Origin: Azolla caroliniana
Lineage: Eukaryota; Plantae; Polypodiophyta
Assembly (NCBI GenBank): GCA_043228905.1
Contig: JBHGNT010000001.1
Span: forward strand, 19,778,001-19,842,000
Direction: 5' to 3'
DNA length: 64,000 bases
Shown here: piece by piece, positions 36,647 to 49,900 of the stretch
How positions within the stretch are numbered: position 1 is the first letter of the stretch
How the letters are laid out: every line of letters begins with the position of its first letter
The notes under the pieces: model-generated
Told to the model about the DNA's origin: nothing
Database searches by the model: none
What the model saw: only the letters and a program-made list of their open reading frames with translations
Translations under genes and position numbers: made by a program

Positions 36647-39600
36647 TGATGGGACTCAGTCGTCAATCCACAATAGATTCACTATAAGGTACTCAACATA
36701 GAACAGAAAATAGCAAGATGGACAGAAAGTACAGTGCATTGACTTACGTGGAAACCCTAAAATGGGAGAAAACCACTGGAGAACACGAGTTCACTATACA
36801 GTGGATGTACAAGGGAGAAGATTATAACACTCTTGACTATGGAGCGTATAAGCCTCACAGGGCTCTTGGCATCTGTTGTTACGAACACAACTATGCCATC
36901 GCTCTCACGCTCTTCTCTCTCTCTGTCTCTCACTTTGTGTCTCTCTATGAGAACAGAGACTAATCGCTTATTCTGTTCAACACTAACTATGTTTTTTCCC
37001 TAGATGTATTTATACTAATACATCATATGGGTTATTTACAAGTGTAGCCCCTACCACACATCGTTACTACTACTATTATTATTATTACAATAATAGTAAT
37101 CGACAATTAATCAGCGGAATCCCTACTGCCGACTCTTCGACTCTCGGTTCTTGACCCGAACAGTGGGTTCCTTGTCTTTGACTGTCGTCTCTTCTAGGCC
37201 CAAACAGTTGTCTCCTCCCATTGGAGGGACATATTCCCAACAAACTCCCCCTTCATTCTTGTGGGAGGAAATTGGTTAGTTTTGTCTTCTGTTGACAGAC
37301 TTTGAGTCTGTCCATCGGCAGGTTCTTTGTCAACATGTCGGATCCATTGTCATTAGTATGGATCTTCATGAGGGTAAACTCTACTTTTTCGACTTTCTCC
37401 CTCAACCAGTGATACCTTATCTGTATATGCTTGGTCTGAGAGTGGTACGCGGCAGGCATTCTTTACTAGATGTATGGCACTCTAGCGGTCACAATGAAGG
37501 AAGAACTCCCTTTGCTTCATCCCCAACTCACTGAGAAATTTTCTCATCCAAATTAGCTCTTTGCCAGCCTCGAGAATGGGTTTTTTCGACACCATACCTT
37601 AGGCATAACCCCAAGGTGCCTTTTAAGTACCTGAATATCCATTTCACCGCTGCCCAATGTTCTCTTCCTGGATTACTCATGTATCGGCTTACTATTCCCA
37701 CAACAAAATCTATGTCTGGTCTCATGCAGACCATAACATACATTAGACTGCCGATGGCTGAGGCATATGGTACTTTCCTCATCTCATTCTTTTCTTTCTC
37801 CCCTCTCAGGCATTGCTTAGCATTTAATTTGCAATTGGTCAGCAACACAGAGCCGATCGGCTATGCTTCCGACATGTTGAACCTTTCTAAGATCTTTGTC
37901 ACATACTTCTGTTGTGACAACCACAACACTTGCTTAGTCCTATTTCAAACTATGTATCTATTTAGCTGGTCCAAGATCTTTCATGGCAAACGATTTGCCT
38001 AGGGCTTTCATAAAGCTCCCGATCTTCCTTGTATCTTGACCGACTATCAACATGTCATCTACATATAATAAGAGAATCAAGAAATCACCTTCTTCATACC
38101 TTTTGACAAACATATAGTGATCAACCTTTGTTTTCTGGAACCGATGTTCTATCATGAAGGATTCAAACTTCTTGTACCATTGGTGTGGAGCTTGCTTCAG
38201 ACCATACAAGCTTTTCTTTAGTCGACACATTAGGTCCTCTTTCCCTTTCTCCTTAAAGTCTTCAAGCTGTTGCATGTAAATCTCTTCATCCAACTCCCCA
38301 TGCAAGAATGTTGTTTTGACATCCAATCTCTAGGTTCATGCTGGTAACTATGCTCAGAACAATTCAGATGGATGTCATCTTCAGGACTAGTGGGAAAATC
38401 TCGTCGAAGTCGACACTCTTTCTCTGTTGGAACCCCTTCACCACTATGTGGGCTTTATATCTAGGCACGTTGTCGACTTCTCTAGTCTTCACCTTATCAT
38501 TCAAGAGGATGTATTGATAGGCATATGTTGGGTGCTCTTCTCTCTCTAAGAGGATATCTCCTTCCATTCGCCATTGGCTCCAGCTTAGATGTCTCTGCTA
38601 ACTCTTCTCTCGGCTCGGGTTCATTCATGTCGATCGGTTGTTGGATGTCCACTAAATCCGATTCGTATTCTTCAATCGACTTCAATAGGTTCGTCGACTC
38701 CGAATCATGGGTCGGTTGCTTTGAGTCGATAGAATCCAATTTAGCTCTTCCTTCTAGCTGTCTCCGATTAGCCGACTGTGCCAGTTCAGCTGGTCTTAGG
38801 GTGGTAGTCAAGGGCGACTAGGGAGTAATTTCCGACTTCTGTTTCTTCCAGGCCTCGATTGTTTTGTCTTCCAAGAAAACTATGTCCCGACTCCTCACTA
38901 CCATCTTGTCTACTAGGTCCCATAGCCTGTAACTGAACTCATCTTGAGAGCATCCCATGAATATGCATGGTTTCGACTAACCGTCGAGCTTCACCCTCTG
39001 ATCCTTAGCCACATGCATATACACCAAGCATCTGAACACCCTTAGGTGTCGATAGGAGACATCCTTTCCTATCGACACCCTTTGTGAGACATCACCTTTT
39101 AGTGGTACTGAGGGGGACATGTTGATCAGGTAAACCGTTGTGTACATCGCCTCAACCCAATACGATTTCGGCAGTTTAGCATGAGAGAGTATGCTCCTTA
39201 CTCTCTCCATGATTGTTTGATTAATCCTCTCTGCAAGCCCATTCAACTCAAGGGTCTTTGGTATAGTGTATTCGAATCAAATGCCTTGGTCCTTGCAGTA
39301 TTCCTCAAACTGCCCTTTATATTCGCCCCCATTGTCAGTTCAGACAACCTTAAGCTCCCGACTTGACTCCCGTTTAGCTCTTCCCTAGAAATCCTTGAAG
39401 AATGGAAGTACTTGATCCTTTGACTTTAGTACGAAGACCCATGTCTTCCGACTATAGTTTCACCTCCATGCAATGGTGCATCTACATAGCACACGTCGGT
39501 GTGCACTAGTTCCAACACAACTTTTCTTTTGCTTGGTGGTCTCGTGTGGAATGCTGCTTTGTTCTTCTTACCAACAAAGTAGTCGACACACTTCTCTAGG

Positions 39601-42351
39601 TGCACTCCCTTGACTTCAGGTAGAAGCTTCTGGTCAGCTAATAGATGCATTCCTTTCTCGCTCATGTGACCAAGCCTCTTATGCCATAACTCCCTGCTCG
39701 AGTCGGTTGCCAAATTTACTTTCGACTTGCCTAGTCGAGCATGCATCATATACAATGTGCCTTGTTTTTGTGCTCGGGCCACTATCATATTTCCTCAGCA
39801 GAACCTCCACTTGTCGTTCCGAAAACTACCATTGTAGCCTTCGTCATCTAATCTTCCACTTGATATTAGGTTCAACCTGATATCGGGGACATGTCAAACT
39901 TCCTTAAGAGTCAACCGACACCCTGTCGACGTTGTGAAGCAGACACTTCCGACTCCGGCTATCTTGCACTGTCCATTGTCACCCATCTTTACATGACCAT
40001 GGTCCTCGGCTATGTAAGTCAAGAAATACTCTGTCGACGGAGTTATATGGAAAGATGCACTGGAGTCGATCACCCAAGTGCATTCTTCACTAGCTAGGTT
40101 TGCACTTGTCTATTCACAGAGGAACAAAAGTTCTTCATTACTCGTAGCAATGGCCGAAGAGCCCTTTTCAACTTGAATCTTCCTGGGTTCGACATTATTA
40201 CCGACACTCTTGTCCTTCTTAAGATGTCGTCAGTCCTTTTGGAAATGTCCAGGCATTCCACAATAAAAGCATGTTAGCTTACCTCTGGACTTCGATCTCG
40301 CTTGGGACTTTTCCCTTCTTTGTGGACTCCTTTGCCGGTTCCTTCCTTTGTCCGAATGTTGTATCACGTTCACATCTGCCTGGGACAGAACACCCTTGTC
40401 CTTCCTCCTCATCTCCTCGTTCAAGATACTTCTCTTTACCACTTGTAGATATAGGCTCTCTTCTTGGCACGAGGTGCTGAGAGTCACCACTAGATTCTCC
40501 CAACAATCCGGCAAGGTGCATAGTAGCAGGATGGCTTACATTGCATCCTCAAGGGGGAACTTGGTTGCTGCAAGTTGATTTACGTACCCCATGACTATGT
40601 TGATGTGTTCAACAATGCTCTCACCGTCTTTGTATGTCAGCCGTACGATCTTTCTCATCAATGAGGTTTTATTAAGGGCATTCTTCCTCTTGACATATAG
40701 AACTGACAACTTCTACCACATCTCGTCAGCATTCGTGTCGTTCACCACATGCTGAAGGACACTTACATCGATGCACACTGTCAGATCGTTGTCACCGCCT
40801 TTTTGTTAAGAAGTTTCCATTCTGATTGTAATACCCCCATGTGTATTTTTGCTCTGTCGATCGGCTCTTACAAATCTTTGACGATGAGAAGGTCTTCCAT
40901 CTTAATCTTCCAGACCGCAAAGTTTTGAGAGTTTAGAACTATCATACTTGGGAAGCCACTAACACCTCGTTCCATGCTTGTGTTGGGAAACAGGTCCCTC
41001 CGGATGGGAAGGAAGAAGAACAGTGCCGAAGAAGAACAGGTCCCTCCGAAACCGTATGAGGAGGACCCGGCTACGGAGAGCCGGATGGTGCAGGCCCAGT
41101 ATGAACCGGATGAGGAGTACTCGGCTACGGAGAGCCGGATGGTGTAGGCCCGGTATGAACCGGATGAGGAGGACCCGGCTACGGAGAGCAGGATGGTGCA
41201 GGCCCGGTATGAACCGGATGAGGAGTACCCGGCTACGGAGAGCCGGATGGTACTGACCCGGTGAGAACCGGATGAAGAGACATATTCGTAAATATGTTTC
41301 TGAGATCCCATCGAGGCTACATTTGTAAATAGTCGAAAAGTCATATTAGTATAAATATGACTTAGGGCAAACTTTTAGTAACTGTTGTTATTGTCATTTT
41401 TCTTTGTTGGTGCAAGAAGAAGAGAGAGCACGTAATAGTGTATAGAGAGAGAGAGAGAGAAAGAGGTCGTTGCCTCTGTTGTAACCGCCGCGTGTGGCGA
41501 AGATCTGTGAGCACGAGGTTGTTGCCTCAGTGAACTCACTGTTGTACATTCTCACATAGTGACAGTTTGCAGGCTGTGGGCTGCCGCGGTTTTTCCCCTA
41601 GTTTGGGGTTTTCCACGTAAACCTCCTGTGTATTATTATTTTTCCTCTCCACTGTGTCGTGCATTTGTTTCCCGTTTTCTGCGTATGAAAAGAAGCTCGG
41701 TTGTGGCCGAGCGTTGGACATAAGGAGCCTTGAGTTCCCGTCAGCTTGCACCTCACACTTTGATACCAGTCTGATGGGATTGAGTGGTCAATCCACAATA
41801 CATATATTGAAAGGTACTCAACACAGAATAGAAAACAACAAGATGAACAGAAAGTATAGTGCATAGATTTACGTGGAAACCCTAAAATGGGAGAACACGA
41901 CTTCACTATACAGTGGATGTACAAGGGAGAAGATTACAACACTCTCGACTATGGAGTGTATAAGCCTTACATGGCTCTTGGCGTCTGCTGTGACGAACAC
42001 AACTATGACGCCGCTCTCACACTCTTCTCTCTCTTTGTCTCTCACTTTGTGTCTCTCTTTGAGCACAGAGACTAATTGCTTATTCTGTTCAACACTACCT
42101 ATGTTTTTGCCCTAGATGTATTTATACTCATACATTATATAGGCTATTTAGAAGTGTAGCCCCCACTACACATCCTTACAATTATTATTATTACAATAAT
42201 AATAATTGATAGTTAATCAACCAACTCCCTACTGTCAACTCTTCGATTCTTGGTACTCGACTTGAATAGTTGGCTCCTCCTTGTCTTCGACTGTCATCTC
42301 TTCTAGGCCCGAACAGTCGACTCCTCCCACTAAAGGGACATATTCCCAACA
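36647..42351 (-). mobile_element. Copia family C-related copy C2 with both LTRs, heavily degenerate
   Basis: LTRs 36647-37242 and 41772-42351; TSD TTTCG/TTTTG; PBS TGGTATCAAAGT 41757-41768; gag-pol fragments 40975 to 37253 (LLLYVDDMLIVG, LWHKRLGH). Confidence 0.9.
40981..41743 (+). mobile_element. Solo LTR of Copia family A with ~4 copies of a 54-bp tandem repeat
   Basis: TGTTGGGAAAC...CCCGTCA; TSD GCTTG on both sides; repeat units start at about 41048, 41103, 41157, 41211 and 41265. Confidence 0.92.
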
Positions 42352-42408
42352 TTTTGGACTTGGCCGCAACACGCTTTGGTCGCATGGAGGCTCATGTGGG
42401 CCACTTAG

Positions 42409-44257
42409 TGTTGTTGGGGTGGGGGGTGAAGCCATTCGGGGGTGAAGCCTAGAATGGCTTCAACCCCCTCCCAAGGGGGTTAAGTTCGAGAGAGAGCTAG
42501 AGAGAAAGACAAATACAAAATGACACCAAAATGAGAGGGAAAAAGTTATATTCATTACATACCCCATAGGGGGTTTATATAATACATCCAATGGAATGGT
42601 TACATGACCGTTATAAATAAGATCGCTACACATTCTTGTACTCGTGCTTATAATTGTGCATGTGTCCATACACATACTCATTCTCACACACTCATTTATT
42701 TTACACATACACATCAACCACATCATTACACCTACCCTTATGCTTCCCTGTATATTCTTACGGGTAACACATGGCACGCTTGTGGGATAGTGCATTGCAC
42801 GGTGAACCCACTCGCCATGGCAACTCTTCTCGACCGGGTTTCCATCAGTCATCTCAACGGTCGGAAATCCCTCAACCGGATCACTGCTCTACGATCGATA
42901 ACTTCGATTGGAGCTTTGCTTGACTCAAACCTTCTTGTTCAGTCAGCAAAAGTCGCGATTGGATCATACACCAATTGGCTAGTTCAATGTGGCATGGGTC
43001 ATGAAATCATGTTGTGTGTTTGTGTATTCTTTTTTTCATCATGTGAAGTGAGTTACATATTTTTTACCCTCTGGTCTTTAAAATTTTGTGCTCGGGTTTT
43101 TTTTTGTTTTTTTTTTAAATAAAAATAAAAATAAATTTATTGCCCTCCGACGTTTGAAAATTCCTCTCATGGCCTCACGCTTTTGGAATTTCGTTGTCTA
43201 CCCTCTGGTTTTTGAAATTCATCTGTATACCCTTGTCTTTTTTTAAATTTACTCTCATGCCCTTCTTTATATTTCTTCTCTCCTCTTTTCTAAAATTTGG
43301 TCAATTTCTTCTTGGTCTTCTCTTTTCTCTGTTTGTCTATCTTCTTCTTCTCTTGTTGTCTGCATCCTTTTGTCTTCTTCCATGTACCTTCTCCTTTTTT
43401 TTACTTAATTCTTCTTGGCTCTTCTTCTTCCATCTGCCGTTTCTAGCCCGTTCCCACCTGTGCTTGTCCCTCTATCTGTGAGTCGCCTCTGTTTCCCTGC
43501 CGCCGACTGTGTAACTGATAGGCCAGCTCTGTCCGTGGCCATCTGTCTGATCTATAGGTCATCTTTGTCTGACGGGTCGCTTGGTCATTCCTAGATTGTC
43601 TCGTGGCAATCATTCGGCCGCTTCTTCGCCCGAGATCAGTTTCTCAAAGATTTCTTGGTTGTGTGTCTCGACTGCGCGTCTTGGCCACACTCTTGGCCAT
43701 GCGTCTCTTGCCGGTTTGGTTGTGGCTATGCAACAACTAGCTATGTTTGGGGCCATCTTAGTCCGGCCAACATGTGTGCCCAGTTCTTAGAGGAAGCTTT
43801 GCCATTGTTATTGAGAAAGACTCTTCTCCATCACAGTGTAGAAGGCAGTACTGAGATCTCCATAGCAAGCTGGCTATCACACAAAATGTCCACACACAAT
43901 ATCACACTCTCTAACACAAAAGCACACTCTCTAACAAAGAGACACATAGAAGAGTGAGGGATTAGCAATGGAGAGGGAGAGTGCGGCATAGACTTCCTCC
44001 CAAGGGAGGGAGCTTTCAAGCTGAATGGCCATGGAAGACGTTGCTTAGATTTAGGTTTCCTTCACAATAGCAGACACCCACACAAAGAGATGCAATAAGA
44101 CATAGAGATGCAATAGAGAGGGAGGGATAAATTTCTTCTCAAAGGAGGGTCGTCCGTTCGGGCGTACCAAAAGTGTTGTTGGGGTGGAGGGTGAAGCCAT
44201 TCGGGGGTGAAGCCTAGAAAGGGGGTTAAGCTTGAGAGAGAAAGATAAATACAAAAT
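42409..44257 (-). mobile_element. Non-coding LTR-element remnant (possibly Tat-like, non-autonomous)
   Basis: Direct repeats TGTTGTTGGGGTGG..GTGAAGCCATTCGGGGGTGAAGCCTAGAA at 42409 and 44174; PBS-like TGGTACGCCCG 4 nt inside the second copy; no pol ORF between them. Confidence 0.55.
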
Positions 44258-46935
44258 TGTTGAGAGACAACCTCAACATTTGGTGCGAAGTACGTAGTGT
44301 AACCTAGTGCGTAGACTGGGTGCATGAAAAAGTACACACAACAGGGCCGCATCGGTTTGAAAACCGAAGAGGCCGTTAGAGCATTATTCCTCGTAAAGCA
44401 ATAAGTTTGGGAGTTTGTGTAGTCGGCTCATTTATGAGCATTCAAGTACTGTTAGTACTTGTGTCAGCTTGATTGTCAGGGATTGTATATAAGGTGCTCA
44501 CTGAGCATGAAGTGTATACACACAAAACAGAGTGTCATTATTTTGAATCTGGATTTTCTGTTGTCTGCTCTCTCTCTCTCTCTCTCCATCTCCATCTCTG
44601 CGTTTTCTGTGTTTTACTGAATTGTCTTATTCCTCCAAACTGTGTACTTTGTGTTTACGCACACGCTTCCGCACAACGTATTCTTTTACATGGTATCAGA
44701 GTGCGAGGGTTGAAGTCCTCTACAGCCGACAAGAAAAGTTTGTGACGAAACAGAGTTGAAGTTCGCTTTCGGAGAAGAAAAAGACAGTACTATGGACAGA
44801 GGAATGGGAAGCTCACTTCTGACTGAAAAGCTTGACAGAAGCAACTACGCATCTTGGTCTTACAAGATGCACCAGTACCTACTCGGCCAAGGCTACTGGA
44901 GTTATGTTGAAGGAGCAAACGATGTGGCACCCGACTCAAGACATAGGGACTATCCGGCTTGGGAACAAGCGGCAACAGAGTGTTGTACTGCTTCGTGTCC
45001 TGTGTGAGCAATTAGCTTTTGAGCTATATTCGGGATGCCAAGACGCCGAAGGACGCGTGGGTGAATCTCAAAAGGATTTTCGTCACAAGCACAACGGCCA
45101 GAAAGCTGCTGATCAGACAGGAGCTCAGCAATGTACGAGAAAGAGATATGTCAGTGGCTGATTACACCACCAAGATCAAAGAGATCTGCGACTCTCTTGC
45201 CTCCGTCAACATGAACGTCGAAGAAGATGAAATGGTGCAGGTTTGTCTTGGTGGCTTGGCGTCAAAGTTCGGACCTTTCCGAACAGCAGTCTGCATGAGG
45301 GAGATTATGCCTTTGTTTTTCGAGCTTCAGTCAATGTCGCTCGTAGAAGAAAACCACGCGGGTGCGTCGACGAGTGCACACGCCGATGGCAAGATGCTTT
45401 ACAGGGAGGATGATAGGCCCCATGGTCGTAGTGGACGAGGCGAATCAGTGCCCAATGGAGGCGGCCGAAAAGAGCAGAATGTACGGCATAATAGAGATGC
45501 TGGAAGCAATTCCGAATGCTCCGCAAGCAGGGGGAGTCATGGCGGCGGCGGAAGATGGCAAGAGAAGACTGCACCGGATTGCTGGTACTGTGGCAAGAAA
45601 GGCCACAAGGAGAGCGAGTGCTAGAAATATCGGGCCGATTCGAACAAAGCCGGATCGAGTCGAAGAGACGCAGAGAGGCGTCAGAGATTGCACTACGTAG
45701 AAGGCTCTGAACGAGCCAGAGACAAATCGGGCCCAACCTTCGTAATGAAGCATAAGGCCAATTCTATGGCCATGAACACCTCAAAATCAAGCGAGGTGTG
45801 GTATGTTGATTCCGGAGCGTCAAATCATATGACGAGTCACGAGGAATGGTTCTCGTACCTAGAGAAACCGGAATCACAAGGAGTGGTCTAAACGGGAGAC
45901 GATACTCCGCATACCATTGAACGTGTCGGCGAAGTTCCTCTCAGCCATGTCGGGCAGAAAGGGAAACTCATGAACGTGTTGCACGTCCCGACAATAACGA
46001 TGAACCTAGTGTCGATCGGTCAGATCGTCGACCAGGGAATGCAGGTTCGATTCACGCATCTCGGCTGCTTCATAGAAGAGGATGGCAAAGTAATAGCGCA
46101 TGAGCGCCATGAAGGGAGGATGTTTATCCTTGACACTAATCAAGCCGGAATTGCGTTGTACACGAAAGGATAAAAGGTCGAATCGGATATTGACCTGTGG
46201 CACAAGCGGTTCCGCCACAGAAATTTCCCACAACTTCGTGAAATGCAAACGAAGAACATTGTATTCGGATTGCCGAAATTTCGGGGCCGTAATGCCCAAG
46301 TCTGTGAAGCCTGTCAGATGGGAAAACAACACTGACTTCCATTCCCCAATGAGGGTAATCTTAGTCGAAGTCCGTTGGATTTGATCCATTCGAATGTGTG
46401 GGGTCCGGCACAGAACGTGAGTCTTGGTGGAAGCCGTTACTTTGTAACCTTCATTGATGACTTCACTCGGCACACGTGGGCATGCATGATTGAGAAGAAA
46501 AGCGAAGTCTTCGCATGTTTCTTGAAGGTGAGGAGCCTTGTGGAAAGGGAAACAAGGCGTAAGATCAAATGCCTATGGTCCGATGGCGGGAAGGAGTACT
46601 TCTCCGACCAGTTCAAATGTTATCTACGGAAGGAGGGAATTCAACGCGAATTCTCATGTAGATATATGCCAGAGTAGAGCGGTGTAGCCGAGTGGAAGAA
46701 TCGGACGATTGAAGAAGCGGCCAGGGCAATGCTTGAAGAGAAGCATATGCAGAAATTCTATTGGGCCAAAGCCTGGAAGACAACTGTCTACCTGTAGAAT
46801 CATACTTCTGCTAATGGTGGAGTGTCGCCACATGAGTTGTATTTTGGGAAGAAGCCGAACTTGGCACACTTGAGGATCTTCGGTACCGTTGCATATGTGC
46901 ATGTGCCAAAGGAAAAGAGGAGGAAGTTAGACGCC
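44258..46935 (+). mobile_element. Copia family D copy D3, 5' half (LTR, gag, PR, INT)
   Basis: LTR 44258-44690; PBS 44691-44702; gag ATG 44792; CWYCGKKGHKESEC, WYVDSGASNHMT, SDGGKEY. Confidence 0.9.
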
Positions 46936-49900
46936 TGAGCTTGAGGTCGGATCGTGGTGTTAGTGTCGGTGGCACCCAGTTCTTCTACCCGGCTCCTTCT
47001 GGCGTTGCTCCGCCATGTTTGTGCTCCTCATCCGGTCGGGTCCTGTTTGCCGTGACCCTTCTAGTTCTGCGCACCTTGACCTCCTCGGTCGGCTTGCCTG
47101 CTCAACAGATCCATCTCAGCTCCCTCGCTGCTGCAACGACGACGCTTGTTGACCCATTGGTTCCTCCGTGTTGGTTTCAACTTCCGCTACCTTCTCGTCT
47201 GGTTGGCATTTAGTTGATCCGGCTTCTCCGAATCGGTTTCCTCAGATTCGTTCCAACTCTTGTCTGAATTGGTAGTCTCCAACTTGTCTTCCGTTTTCAG
47301 GCCCTTCAAAACATTAGACCATCTCCGAGTCTTGGCCTTCTCCTTCCGGTCGGCTCTGTCCTTCTTGATTTTGCCTTCCATTTTCAAGCCATTCACCACT
47401 TCCTTCGTCGACTTGGCTTCCTTTTTCCTCTTGTCTCCCCCTTTGTTGGTTCTTCCCTTTCCGGTTCCTTGTCCGGTGCCATCAGTAGTTCCTTTGCCTT
47501 TGCCTATTATGGCACCAGTTTCTTTGCCTTTGCCCGTTCTCCCCCTCAAGTGCGGCACGTCGAGATGCTGAACACCAAGCATTTCGGTGAAGTGCTACAA
47601 CTTTTCCGATCCGAGCGGTTTGGTGAAGATGTCGGCAACTTGCCGATCCGTCTGAACATACTGAAGTTCGACTTCACCACTCAGGACCAGCTCTTGTAGA
47701 AGTGATAATGCACTTCTATGTGCTTTGTTTGAGCATGGAATACAGGGTTCTTGGCGAGCTGTATGTTGCTTATGTTGTCGCAATAGATTAGGATCGGGGT
47801 CGGCACCTGGATCCGGAGATCTTGCATTAGTCACCAAAGCCAGATGGCTTCACAGGTGGCTTTGATAGCGCCTCGATATTCAACCTCGGTGCTCAACAGA
47901 GCCACTGTTGGCTACTTTTTGCTGCTCCACGCAACGGTTGGGCTACCAAGGGAAAACATGTACCCCAAGGTGGATCGGCAATCCGATGCATCACCAGTCT
48001 AGTCGACATCTGTGTATCCAACTAGTGCTTTAGTTATACCGTGCTGGTATAACAGTCCCTAGTCCTTCGTGTTGCTAACATATCGGAGTATACGGTGTGC
48101 GCATTGAAGGTGCTCGATCGTCGGCTTCTGCATGAACTGGCTGATCACCCCTACCGGGTAACTGATGTCGGGTCGAGTGATTGTTTGGTATATCAAGCTT
48201 CCGACTATTTGTCAGAACCGTTTCTCATTGCAAGCCAGTACGGAGTTGGGACGGAGCTTCTGGTTCCGGTCGTAGGGGTGTAGAGATTAGTCGGCATTTC
48301 GTCATGCCGAACTTGTACAACATATTCAACACATAATGGCATTATCAGAGCAATATGCCGTTGGTGGTCCGGATCACCTCGATCCCAAGAAAATAATGAA
48401 GGTGCCCCAGGTCCTTCATTTCAAATGCGTCTGACAGCTTGGACTTCACTCGGTCGATTTCAACGAGTCCGGATCCGGTGATGACTAAATCATCTACATA
48501 AAGCAAAATGAAAATTAGACCATCTGGACCTTGCCAGATGAACAATGAGGAGTCGGACTTTGAGGCCGCAAACCCCATCTTACGCAACCGGTGCGCAATC
48601 TTCTCATTCCAAGCTCGGGGGGCTTGTTTCAGACCGTAAAGCGACTTCTTAAGCCGGCACACCGCCGACTTTTTCATCTCCAACTAAAATTCGGGAGGTT
48701 ATATAGACCCGTTCTTCAAGGTCACCTTGAAGAAAAACATTCTTCATGTCAATCTGGTTAAGATGCCATTCCCTTGCTGCAGCAACCGCCAGTACCACAC
48801 GAACCATCGTCATCTTCGTTACCAGAGCGAAGGTCTCTTCGTAGTTGATTCCGTGGGTCTACGTGTATCCCTTTGCCACTAACCGGGCATTGTACCGGTT
48901 AACCGAACTGTCGACATTGTACTTTACCTTGTATACCCATTTGCAACCGATCGGTTTCCAGTGTCATTGGCATTGAGTGCCCACATTTCTTCTTCCATAG
49001 TGGCACGCCAAATAGCATCCTTTGCCACTTTTGTGTAGCGCTCCAGCTCATGCACCTCTGCCACTTTGGTCATGTACGCATAGTGATGCGCCATGTACTC
49101 ACCTGTACTACACAATGGGGTTCTTCTGGCGGGAAGACCGGCGTAACTTGTCATCACCCGGTTTGGGGCCCTTCTTGGTCGGTTCAGACTTTGTTCCCGA
49201 AGATCCTCCTTCATGCTTTCTGGAGTCGGATTCGCTTCGATCCGACTCAACGTTGCCGGTTTCGTATTCCGACATCTTCTTCTTCCCCTTCTCTTTGCGC
49301 GTGAATTGTCTCCTCGGTTCCTTGCACGGGGAGAGCATGACAGAGTCTCCACTACTCATCGATTTCTCATCCGACTGGTCACTTCGACCTAGTCGCTTGT
49401 TCGGTCTGGTCAACCGAAATGATTCCGGACTCTCTTCTAGATTCTCAAGCTCGTCATTTTCTATCTGGACTGGTTCATGCTCACTAGCCTCATCTTCCGG
49501 GATTGGGTCGGAGTCGGTAGAGAGTACCACAATGTTGTCTCGTCGAACTCAACATCTTGTCTTACTTCAACATGCTTCGTCCGGGGGTTATAGCACTTAT
49601 ACCCCTTCTACTCATGCGAGTAACCGACCAAGATGTACTTCTTCGACTTCGGATCAAGCTTCTTCTGCTTCTCATTCGGTACATGCACATATTCTATGCT
49701 ACCGAATATCCGAAGGTGCCTCAAATTAAGCTTCCGCCCAAAATACAGCTTGTGTGGTGACATCTTATCACTGATCCTGTTTTGGATGTAGACGGTTGTC
49801 CAGACCGCCTCAGCCCAGTAGAATTGGGGCATGCTCTTCTCCTCCAGCATTGCCCTCGCCGCTTCGACAATCGACCATTTCTTTCTCTCGGCCACACCAT

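Larger units (their letters stand above)
10263..42408 (-). mobile_element. Fragmented host Copia E0 (pieces 10263-10947, 14110-14121, 36415-36646, 42352-42408) containing nested elements
   Basis: The minus-strand frame is continuous across insertions: TLSGPHEPPCDQSVLRPSPK|LDKGKGKMLEYE...NNEYMAHHY|AF. Linking these pieces to the 10263 LTR is inferred from family and orientation. Confidence 0.6.

Noticed and set aside
42604-43481. Hydrophobic ORFs (172 and 95 aa) as env-like membrane proteins
   Set aside because: They arise from T/C-rich low-complexity tracts and cross element boundaries.
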